Source: Geopsychrobacter electrodiphilus DSM 16401
Lineage (GTDB): Bacteria > Desulfobacterota > Desulfuromonadia > Desulfuromonadales > Geopsychrobacteraceae
Assembly: GCF_000384395.1 (NCBI RefSeq)
Contig: NZ_ARWE01000001.1
Coordinates: 1,668,894 to 1,700,893 of the forward strand
Direction: 5' to 3'
DNA: 32,000 bases
This document shows positions 8,333 to 16,000 of this stretch, piece by piece. Position numbers and translations under genes: made by a program. Under the pieces are notes generated by a model, which saw only the letters and a list, made by a program, of their open reading frames with translations, was not told the DNA's origin and searched no databases. The stretch's first letter is position 1. The number at the start of each line of letters is the position of its first letter.

Positions 8333-9244
8333 ATGCTCGACCGTCGTCAGTTTATTTTCCAGTCCTTACGCAGTGCATGCCTGGCCGCGGTGGCCGGTTC
8401 TATCCCGCAACTTATTTTGCCAAGGGCCGTCTATGCTGCTCAGGATCGCGTTCTGGTAGTGCGAACCGGGGAAGATATCCCCCAACTTGTGCGTCAGACA
8501 GTCGCCGCCCTCGGAGGGATGGAGCGTTTTGTCAAACCAGGTGAAACCGTGGTGGTCAAGCCGAATATTGGCTGGGACCGCGGGGTTGACCTGGCGGCAA
8601 ATACACATCCGCTTGTCGTCAAAACGGTTGTGAGTCTTTGTCTTGAAGCTGGAGCTAAAAAGGTTCAACTTTTTGATCGCACTTGTAATGACCCACGCCG
8701 CTGTTATGTCAGTAGTGGCATTCAACAGGCCATTTCAGACCTCAATTCGATACAGGCAGAGCTTGTATATATGGACCGGCGCGCGTATAAAGAACTCGAA
8801 ATTTCCCAAGGTAAGGCTATCAATCGGTGGTCATTTTATCTGCCAGCGCTTGAGGCCGATCGGCTAATTAACCTTCCGATAGCCAAACATCACTCCATTT
8901 CAACCCTGACTCTTGGAATGAAAAACCTGATGGGAGTCATTGGCGGGAATCGCGGTATGCTGCATAGCAAGATCGCCGAAGCTCTCGCGGATATCAATAC
9001 CGTCATCCACTCTGATTTAACCTTGATCGATGCGACCCGTATTCTTGTAGCAAACGGACCGCAGGGCGGGCGTCTTGAGGACGTTGAAGTGAGAAACACT
9101 CTGATCGCATCGCCTCAGGTAGTGACAGCCGATGCATTTGCCTCAACCCTCTTCGGCTATCAACCAGATCAGATCGAAACGATCGTTGCTGGTTATCGGA
9201 GAGGTCTTGGCGAAATCGATCTGAGCCGGGTTCAGCGGCTCTGA
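8333..9244 (+). CDS. DUF362 domain protein with twin-arginine (Tat) signal
   Basis: ATG at 8333 (track: TTG at 8327). Tat motif MLDRRQFIF followed by an h-region and AxA (VYAAQ). DUF362-like blocks VVVKPNIGWDR, INLPIAKHHSISTLTLGMKNLMG and LIDATRILVANGPQGG. Confidence 0.6.
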   Translation: MLDRRQFIFQSLRSACLAAVAGSIPQLILPRAVYAAQDRVLVVRTGEDIPQLVRQTVAALGGMERFVKPGETVVVKPNIGWDRGVDLAANTHPLVVKTVVSLCLEAGAKKVQLFDRTCNDPRRCYVSSGIQQAISDLNSIQAELVYMDRRAYKELEISQGKAINRWSFYLPALEADRLINLPIAKHHSISTLTLGMKNLMGVIGGNRGMLHSKIAEALADINTVIHSDLTLIDATRILVANGPQGGRLEDVEVRNTLIASPQVVTADAFASTLFGYQPDQIETIVAGYRRGLGEIDLSRVQRL

Positions 9245-10770
9245 TGTCTCTCAGTCGTAAATGGCGAATTTTAGTTCAAAGCCTGACTTTATTGGGTTTT
9301 TGTTGGCTTTTCCTGCAAACAGAATATCGTGGGACAGACGAACTAGCCTATCCCGTCAGCCTACTCTTTCGTCTCGATCCTCTGGCTCTTGTATCCGCGT
9401 TTTTTGCTTCAGGTAAAACCGACTTTATTCTGCTATGGCCAGCATTTCTGTTGCTTGTCTTGACGATTATTTTCGGACGATTTTTTTGCGGTTGGCTCTG
9501 TCCTTTAGGTTCTTTGCTCGACTTTTTAGGGGCTCCTTTACGCCGTTCTCAAAGTCGATTCTCTGGTTGGCCGAAGTTTAAATACTACCTGCTCTCGGCT
9601 TTGACTTTAGCGAGTCTTTGCGGCCTGCAACTGTTTGGCTTGTTTGACCCTCTGAGTATCTTTTTACGTAGCCTTACATTAGCTATTAATCCGGTGTGGA
9701 ACCTCCTGGCTAACACGACCTTTGATTGGCTCTATCAAGCGAAACTTCCGCTGATAAGCTCCACAGCTGATGTTGTTTATCCCTTCTTTCGTGATCATCT
9801 GCTGGCTTTCAGACAACCTGTTTTTCTGCTCACGATTTTGACAGCCTTCGTCTTTTTAGCGGTTATTCTACTCGAACGATTACAACCTCGTTTCTGGTGT
9901 CGCAATCTTTGCCCGCTCGGCGCTTTGCTCGGTCTTTGTTCGCAACCAAGCCGATTGCAACGAACTCCTCAGTCCGATTGTTCCGACTGCAAGCAATGTT
10001 CTCTTCAGTGTTACATGGGGGCATCGGCCGCAGATTCAAGTCATGCCGCAGAATGCATCCGCTGTCTCGACTGCCTCGATTTTTGCCCGAATCAGCGGGT
10101 GAAATTTCACTTCAGCAAGAGGGGGGAAAAGCGTTTTGACCTGTCTCGGCGCACCTTGCTGGCTGCTTCAGTTGGTGGGGTTATGTTAGCACCTCTCGCT
10201 GCCGCGGCACCGCTGAGCGCAAGCTATCGCAATGATTTAATCCGCCCTCCAGGGGCTACTGGAGAGTCCGAGTTTTTACGTCGTTGTATCCGTTGTGGTG
10301 AATGCATGAAGGTTTGTATTGGCGGGGCATTGCACCCGGATTTATTGCGAGGCGGGGCTTTTTCGCTTTGGTCGCCTGTGGTTGTGGCGCGACTTGGATA
10401 TTGTGAATATGACTGTACCCTGTGCGGGCAGGTCTGCCCGACAGGGGCAATCAAATCGTTGGAAATTAAGCAAAAACGCCAAATAAAAATCGGTTTGGCC
10501 GTTATTGATAAAAATCGTTGTCTGCCATTTGCGCGTGGTCAGGAATGTCTGGTTTGTGAGGAGCACTGTCCCACCGGTAAAAAAGCGATCACGTTTGATC
10601 GCCACAAGGACCTTGTTGAAAGTGAAGCGCGGGACCTATTGCAACCGCGTGTGCTAAAAGAGCTCTGTATCGGATGTGGCATCTGCGAAACCCGTTGTCC
10701 TGTGGCCGGTCGTAGCGCAATTATGATTATCAGTGAAGGTGAAAGCAGAGCTCCGCAGGGCCTTTTGTGA
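9244..10770 (+). CDS. Membrane polyferredoxin: NapH-like N-terminal half fused to a NapG-like four-cluster ferredoxin half
   Basis: TGATG overlap with the DUF362 stop. Several TM helices and two CX3CP motifs (FFCGWLCPLGSL, FWCRNLCPLGAL). Cys clusters: CSDCKQCSLQC, CIRCLDCLDFCP, then an internal SRRTLLAASVGGVMLAPLAAAA segment, then LIRPPGA..E.EFLRRCIRCGECMKVC, CTLCGQVCP, CLVCEEHCP and CIGCGICETRCP. Confidence 0.7.
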   Translation: MSLSRKWRILVQSLTLLGFCWLFLQTEYRGTDELAYPVSLLFRLDPLALVSAFFASGKTDFILLWPAFLLLVLTIIFGRFFCGWLCPLGSLLDFLGAPLRRSQSRFSGWPKFKYYLLSALTLASLCGLQLFGLFDPLSIFLRSLTLAINPVWNLLANTTFDWLYQAKLPLISSTADVVYPFFRDHLLAFRQPVFLLTILTAFVFLAVILLERLQPRFWCRNLCPLGALLGLCSQPSRLQRTPQSDCSDCKQCSLQCYMGASAADSSHAAECIRCLDCLDFCPNQRVKFHFSKRGEKRFDLSRRTLLAASVGGVMLAPLAAAAPLSASYRNDLIRPPGATGESEFLRRCIRCGECMKVCIGGALHPDLLRGGAFSLWSPVVVARLGYCEYDCTLCGQVCPTGAIKSLEIKQKRQIKIGLAVIDKNRCLPFARGQECLVCEEHCPTGKKAITFDRHKDLVESEARDLLQPRVLKELCIGCGICETRCPVAGRSAIMIISEGESRAPQGLL

Positions 10771-10812
10771 TGGCAATTAGTTCTCTGGCCTTGATTTGCG
10801 GGATCGTGAAAG

Positions 10813-10834
10813 AGTGCCAATCTGGGTACTTTTT
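10813..10834 (+). terminator. Weak candidate intrinsic terminator after the 11-gene operon
   Basis: AGTGCC (10813-18) pairs with GGTACT (10825-30) as a 6-bp stem containing one G-U pair, and is followed by TTTTT. It lies 43 nt after the stop. The stem is short, so the call is tentative. Confidence 0.25.
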
Positions 10835-10983
10835 GAACAAGATCTCAGGCAATGTCGGGGGTGGAGATTTGGGGAAATTCCACTCATTAAAGCTGCCGCC
10901 CTCATGAATTAAAGTGACGATATCGGTGAATAAGGGCCTGTTTCGTTCGACTATTCTGAAGTTATTGCGGGGGACAGTTTGTC

Positions 10984-11913
10984 TCAGGGGCAGGGGGATT
11001 GAATTGTTTCAACCCTGTTGCGGCCATTATTTTTAGCGAGATAGAGAGCTTCATCTGCCATTCTGATTAACTCATCTTCAGATTTTAATTTATCTCCTGA
11101 AACGGCGGCAACGCCTAGACTAATTGTCAACTTGAGCGGACCGAGGTTGCCGCTGAAATGGTAATTTTCAATGCGCTGGCGGATCCGGTCAGCGACCTCG
11201 GCGGCATGGGCAAGATTCGTTTCTGGAAGAACCAGGCAAAACTCCTCTCCTCCATAGCGTGCCGCCAGATCGTAGGGGCGCAAATGCTCCCTCAGCAAAT
11301 CAGCGACAAGAATCAGGACCTCATCCCCGGCTTGATGACCATATTTATCATTCACGTTCTTAAAGTGATCAATGTCGCACATGATCAGGGCGCAGGGGGA
11401 TAGATTCCGTTGGCAGCGGTTGAGCTCATTTTCAAGCATCTCTGTTAATGAACGTCGATTGCACAGGCGCGTCAGGGGGTCTGTTTGAGAAAGTTCAAGC
11501 AGCAGGCGATTGCTGCGGCGTAATTCATCCTGCAATGTTTTGAGTTGCAGATGTACTTTGAGCCTGGCGATAAGCTCTGCTGGTTCGAACGGTTTTATAA
11601 TATAATCACTTGCGCCACTCTCGAGCCCACGGACTTTAGAAGCAACATCGTCATGGCTGGTGAGCATGATCACAGGTTTGTCATTTAAATCCTCACGAGA
11701 CTGGAGCAGGGCAAGAAACTTCAAGCCATCGATTCCGGGCATTTCAATGTCACACAATATAACATCGACATGATTATTGACCAGCAGCTTGAACCCCTCA
11801 ACACCGCTGTTCGCCTGCAAGACCCTTTGGAACAGGTGGTTTTGGGTTATGGTTTCCATTACTTGCTGACGAATAGCTGCAGAATCATCGATAATCAGAA
11901 GTGTGCGTTCCAT
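10984..11913 (-). CDS. Response regulator receiver + GGDEF diguanylate cyclase (PleD/WspR-like)
   Basis: Preferred start is MERTLLIIDDS at 11913 (track: 11949). Receiver residues DD, CDIEMPGIDG, MLTS and KPF are present. A coiled linker leads to the GGDEF domain, which has an active GGEEF and an RxxD I-site exactly 5 residues upstream (RPYDLAARYGGEEF). Confidence 0.85.
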   Translation of the reverse strand: MERTLLIIDDSAAIRQQVMETITQNHLFQRVLQANSGVEGFKLLVNNHVDVILCDIEMPGIDGLKFLALLQSREDLNDKPVIMLTSHDDVASKVRGLESGASDYIIKPFEPAELIARLKVHLQLKTLQDELRRSNRLLLELSQTDPLTRLCNRRSLTEMLENELNRCQRNLSPCALIMCDIDHFKNVNDKYGHQAGDEVLILVADLLREHLRPYDLAARYGGEEFCLVLPETNLAHAAEVADRIRQRIENYHFSGNLGPLKLTISLGVAAVSGDKLKSEDELIRMADEALYLAKNNGRNRVETIQSPCP

Positions 11914-12009
11914 ATCTGGCCTTAATTTAACGTTATGCGTAAATATCAATAGGACGCGAAGAATAAATAGAGATTATTTTAATAAAAAAGTTAAGCAAAG
12001 TACGCCTAG

Positions 12010-12303
12010 TTAGCAGTTGCCACCTCCACCGCAATCGCAGCTGGGTTCGTCTCCGGTGAGCCAACTATGAATAATGGCACTGGCACAACCAACACCAGCG
12101 TGGACCGTTATTGCTCCAACGGGGCAGTTGCCGACGCAGGCACCGCATTCCATGCAGTTATCCAGTGCGGTGATCCAGGCTAAATCATCTTCGATCTTGA
12201 AAACGGCCCGTGGACAAACGATAGCACAAAGCCCACAACCGACGCATTTCTCCTGCTCAAGTTTGAGGGTCACAACGTTCTTTAAGTATTTTTGATGAGC
12301 CAT
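12010..12303 (-). CDS. hgcB: HgcB, 2x[4Fe-4S] ferredoxin of the mercury methylation pair
   Basis: Lies immediately downstream of hgcA. ATG at 12303 is 8 nt after AGGGA (track: 12309). MAHQKYLKNVVTLKLEQEKCVGCGLCAIVCP plus CMECGACVGNCP give two CX2CX2CX3CP motifs. The tail is Cys-rich (SCDCGGGGNC). Size is about 97 aa. Confidence 0.85.
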   Translation of the reverse strand: MAHQKYLKNVVTLKLEQEKCVGCGLCAIVCPRAVFKIEDDLAWITALDNCMECGACVGNCPVGAITVHAGVGCASAIIHSWLTGDEPSCDCGGGGNC

Positions 12304-12318
12304 CGTCATTATCCCTGT

Positions 12319-13503
12319 TTAAAAGGCGGTCCACAGCCAGAGTCCAAGTGCGATAACAACCGCAATTAACTGGCAGGGGATTGCGATTCGCATCTCTTTT
12401 TCGACTCCAGAGGGCGATGTGTAGGTCGAGGAACCGGTGAAGTTCATTGCCGCATAACTTGAGATAGCCGTCACCTGTAATAGTAACGCGATATGGATCG
12501 TGCTCCCGGCATCGGGGAGAAGACTGCCGCCCAGAAGAATGGCTATCGCCAATCCTGTCCAAATACCTTTGAGGGAGAATGCCCGGCCCGGAAGCCAGGG
12601 CAGCAGAACCGGAGTGATGACTGCTCCAGCGACAAGCCCCGAAAATCCCGTCGCGATGGCGCTACCACCACGAATCAAAGCCGCGGAGGTAGAAAAGACC
12701 TGACTACCGATGCCCCCCAGCAGCAGGAGAGCTAATGCTGTATAGAAAATTTGACGGTAAAGAATTGTAATTTCAACCGGAGTTAAAACAATGCGGTCCA
12801 AAAGAGTGAAGTTGACGCGTCTCATCGCCGGTGTCGCCTGCCGGTTGTACGTGAAAAAGGCAGGAAGATCCTGAGCCCTGACCGGGCCGTAAACAACATT
12901 GAAATCGCACCCATTTTTTACCAGATGGGCAGCAACTCCCGGGGCGCCTAACTGAGGAACGATCAGGCGTCGGTGGGTAACCAGTTTTGTGAGGTGAAAT
13001 TTTTTAACGCAGCGGATAATCTCATCGGTGCCAAACGTTCCCTTGCCGGCAGCGCACCAGACGTTAATCCCTTTGGTATCAATTACCAGGATCCAGGCAT
13101 TGATGCTGCCCAATGATCTACGCAGAACGTCGAAACTCAGTTTATAGTTGGCCGAAATCAGAACTTCAGCTTCCGCATCTGGTGTGCCGACGGCATAAAT
13201 TCCGGGAGCGACAGCATAATGGTTACGACCAATGCCCCAACGCATGGCAATGCGTCCAAACTGATCAACCCGGTTGAGTTTGCGTGCAACGACCGGGATC
13301 TCTCCAATGGGCGTATCCAGCCAGTTTTCTATAAACCCTTCAAGCTTGTACTCTGGTTTCCTGTGATCAGCCACAGGCGGACAGCAGGATTGTTTACCGG
13401 ACTTCGGGGGGCAGCAGTTTTGCACGGTGTCGGGCGCATTTACAGGACAACAGCTGTCGGTGGGTGCTACTTTTGGAGTGCAACAGTTTTCTGTTTCAGT
13501 CAT
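12319..13503 (-). CDS. hgcA: HgcA, corrinoid protein of the mercury methylation pair
   Basis: The diagnostic cap-helix motif GINVWCAAGKGTFGT is present (NVWCAAGK encoded at 13042-13065). The C-terminal half contains about 5 TM helices. Paired with the ferredoxin gene 9-15 nt downstream. Confidence 0.9.
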   Translation of the reverse strand: MTETENCCTPKVAPTDSCCPVNAPDTVQNCCPPKSGKQSCCPPVADHRKPEYKLEGFIENWLDTPIGEIPVVARKLNRVDQFGRIAMRWGIGRNHYAVAPGIYAVGTPDAEAEVLISANYKLSFDVLRRSLGSINAWILVIDTKGINVWCAAGKGTFGTDEIIRCVKKFHLTKLVTHRRLIVPQLGAPGVAAHLVKNGCDFNVVYGPVRAQDLPAFFTYNRQATPAMRRVNFTLLDRIVLTPVEITILYRQIFYTALALLLLGGIGSQVFSTSAALIRGGSAIATGFSGLVAGAVITPVLLPWLPGRAFSLKGIWTGLAIAILLGGSLLPDAGSTIHIALLLQVTAISSYAAMNFTGSSTYTSPSGVEKEMRIAIPCQLIAVVIALGLWLWTAF

Positions 13504-13513
13504 GTTGCTGCCT

Positions 13514-14563
13514 TCAGCGGGTGGCCAGACGCTGACGCGCAGATCTCAGCATCTCTTCAGTGGTTGCCCAATCAACACATTTGTCCGTTATAGAGACCCC
13601 GTAGCGCAACTGACTTAAGTCTGCCGGAATTGATTGGTTGCCAGCCTCAAGGTTACTTTCAATCATAACCGAATTGAGGGCTGGATTGCCGGCAAGAATC
13701 TGGTCAATGACGTCACTTAAAACGGCTCCCTGACGGGTATGGTCCTTGTTAGAATTAGCGTGACTGCAGTCGACCATAATTGAAGTTGGCAGATTGCTTT
13801 TTTGGAGTAGTTCGGTAGTTTCGGCGATAGCCTCGGGATGGAAATTGGGCCCACTGTTCCCGCCGCGTAGCACGATATGGACATCCGGATTACCGCGGGT
13901 ATGAACGATTGAGGTGCGCCCATCAAAGTTAATCCCGAGAAAACTGTGCTCGTGCAAAGAGGCACTCATGGCATCGGTGGCAACATTCAAGCCACCATCA
14001 GTGCCATTTTTAAATCCAACCGGAAAGGAGAGACCGCTGGCCATTTCACGATGAGTCTGTGATTCCGTTGTACGAGCGCCAATAGCGCCCCAGCTGATCA
14101 TATCCGAAAGGTATTGAGGGGTGATCGGGTCGAGCATTTCACTCGCAATCGGTAAACCGAGTTCAGTGATGGCACAAAAAAGCCTGCGCGCAACTCCCAG
14201 GCCCTTTGAGATACGGTGACTGCCGTCGAGGTCTGGGTCGTTTATCAATCCCTTCCAGCCAATCGTTGTGCGTGGCTTTTCAAAATATACGCGCATCACG
14301 ATGAAGATCTGATCTTCAACTTCTTTGGCCAAGACGGCCAGGCGACGGGCATATTCTATGGCAGCTCGCGGTTCATGAATTGAGCAGGGGCCAACAACTG
14401 CCATAAGACGTCGATCCTGGCCATGGAGAATGGCTTTGACCTTCTCCCGTGAAAAGTACACAAGTTGAGCACTCTTTTCCGTTAAGGGGAAGACCTGCTT
14501 CAGATCCGAGGGTGCGATAATAGGAGTCACTTTATGAATATTGAGATTGTTGGTCTGTACCAT
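13514..14563 (-). CDS. aroG: 3-deoxy-7-phosphoheptulonate (DAHP) synthase, class I (AroF/G/H type)
   Basis: 349 aa. Blocks GPCSIHE, FEKPRTTIGWKGLINDP, MVDCSHANS and PVGFKNGTDG are typical of class I-alpha DAHP synthases. Which isozyme or feedback specificity applies cannot be decided from sequence by eye. Confidence 0.85.
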   Translation of the reverse strand: MVQTNNLNIHKVTPIIAPSDLKQVFPLTEKSAQLVYFSREKVKAILHGQDRRLMAVVGPCSIHEPRAAIEYARRLAVLAKEVEDQIFIVMRVYFEKPRTTIGWKGLINDPDLDGSHRISKGLGVARRLFCAITELGLPIASEMLDPITPQYLSDMISWGAIGARTTESQTHREMASGLSFPVGFKNGTDGGLNVATDAMSASLHEHSFLGINFDGRTSIVHTRGNPDVHIVLRGGNSGPNFHPEAIAETTELLQKSNLPTSIMVDCSHANSNKDHTRQGAVLSDVIDQILAGNPALNSVMIESNLEAGNQSIPADLSQLRYGVSITDKCVDWATTEEMLRSARQRLATR

Positions 14564-14799
14564 TTGGTCACTCCGTCAAGGATATGAAAATTTAAAGGCG
14601 CGACAGATTAGCTCTTTTTGTGGGTCAAAGTCAAAACTACCCGGCAGATTTTAACGGGAATAGTTGAGTCATTCCGGTCGATTCTACTATTTTTATAAGC
14701 TCAAGCTGTTGCTTCTAAATACCTGATTTGACTAAACGCTCCAATCTCAGTATAAACTCAAGGGATTACAGCAACTTTCAGTGGATGGAGTTTGATCGA

Positions 14800-15087
14800 A
14801 TGAATACCGTTTTTATTGCTTTGGCACGACTGGTCGACCTTGTTTTCAACCTCTATATTTTTATAGTGGTTGCCCGTGCACTGGTCAGCTGGGTTAGCCC
14901 TGACCCCTATAACCCGATTGTGCGTTTTTTGCATAATGCCACAGATCCTGCGCTTTATCGGCTGCGCAAATTACTCCCTTTTTCGACTGGCGCCATCGAT
15001 TTTAGTCCGATGATACTTATTTTTTTACTTTATCTTCTGCAGGGGTTTTTGGTGAACATGCTGATTAGCCTCGGCAACACCTTTTAA
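14800..15087 (+). CDS. yggT: YggT family membrane protein
   Basis: MNTVFIALARLVDLVFNLYIFIVVARALVSWVSPDPYNP..., the YggT signature. ATG at 14800 is 9 nt after GGAG. The track's TTG at 14728 adds an implausible 24 aa leader. Confidence 0.75.
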   Translation: MNTVFIALARLVDLVFNLYIFIVVARALVSWVSPDPYNPIVRFLHNATDPALYRLRKLLPFSTGAIDFSPMILIFLLYLLQGFLVNMLISLGNTF

Positions 15088-15106
15088 CGCGAAATATGAG
15101 CCTGCA

Positions 15107-15628
15107 ATGAAGATCACTCCGATAGAAATTCAGCAACATCGATTTAAAACCCGCGTCTTTGGTTATGACTCGAGCGCGGTTGATCAATTCCTTGAGATGA
15201 TCGCTGATGAACTGGAGTCCCTGCATAAGCAGAATAACGAATTAAAAGAAGCTCTCGCTCGGACCCGAACGGTTCTTGACCAGATGAAGAGTCGTGAGCA
15301 GGCGCTGCAACAGACCCTGATGACCGCGCAGCAGGTGACAGAAGAGCTTAAGAATACCGCCCGAAAAGAAGCTGAGCTGGTCATGGTCGATGCCCGTATG
15401 CAGGGTGAGCAGATTGTCCGTAGCGCCGATGAAAGGCGTCTTCAGCTTATACGTGAAATCCAGGAGATTAAACGTCAGAAAATCTCTTTTGAAAGCAGTT
15501 TGCGGGCGATGGTTGATGGTCATCTTAAATTACTGGACATGGAGACCTTCACCGTTGAGGAATGCGAAGAAGATGCGCCGCTCCTCGCAACTCAACGCAT
15601 GCAGCGACCCCTTGAACTTGATCGCTGA
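15107..15628 (+). CDS. divIVA: DivIVA domain protein
   Basis: The N-terminus MKITPIEIQQHRFKTRVFGYDSSAVDQFLEMIADELESL is the canonical DivIVA lipid-binding domain. A coiled coil follows. Confidence 0.85.
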   Translation: MKITPIEIQQHRFKTRVFGYDSSAVDQFLEMIADELESLHKQNNELKEALARTRTVLDQMKSREQALQQTLMTAQQVTEELKNTARKEAELVMVDARMQGEQIVRSADERRLQLIREIQEIKRQKISFESSLRAMVDGHLKLLDMETFTVEECEEDAPLLATQRMQRPLELDR

Positions 15629-15933
15629 TGCTAGACTGTCTTAAGGCACATGCCAAAGGAACGGTTCTTAGCCTGCATGTTCAGCCTCGTTCCAGCCGCA
15701 ACCAGATCGTCGGATTGCATGGCGAAAGGCTCAAACTGAAATTAACTTCCCCTCCGGTGGAGGGTTCTGCAAACAAGTGCTGCTGTGACTATCTGGCAAA
15801 ACTTTTCAAGTTGTCCAAGTCGGATATTGAGCTGATTTCTGGGGACAAGGCGCGTCAAAAGCGCATCTTGTTACATGGGCTCGATCCACAGAGTGTTGCC
15901 GTTATTTTAATGGCCGAACTTTCCAGTTCTTGA
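15628..15933 (+). CDS. yggU: DUF167/YggU family protein
   Basis: ATGA-type overlap with the divIVA stop. LHVQPRSSRNQIVGLHGERLKLKLTSPPVEGSANK...ISGDKARQKRI matches the UPF0235/YggU pattern. Confidence 0.75.
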   Translation: MLDCLKAHAKGTVLSLHVQPRSSRNQIVGLHGERLKLKLTSPPVEGSANKCCCDYLAKLFKLSKSDIELISGDKARQKRILLHGLDPQSVAVILMAELSSS

Positions 15934-15958
15934 CTTTTTGATGTCAGAGCCGTAACAT
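15930..15958 (+). promoter_or_regulatory. Candidate sigma70-type promoter for the zinc-ribbon gene
   Basis: TTGACT (15930-35), 17-nt spacer, TAACAT (15953-58). It lies 43 nt upstream of the ATG at 16001. Pattern match only. Confidence 0.25.
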
Positions 15959-16000
15959 CCCGCCGCTGTATAGAAGATTCTTGAGTCGGAGGATATTGAA

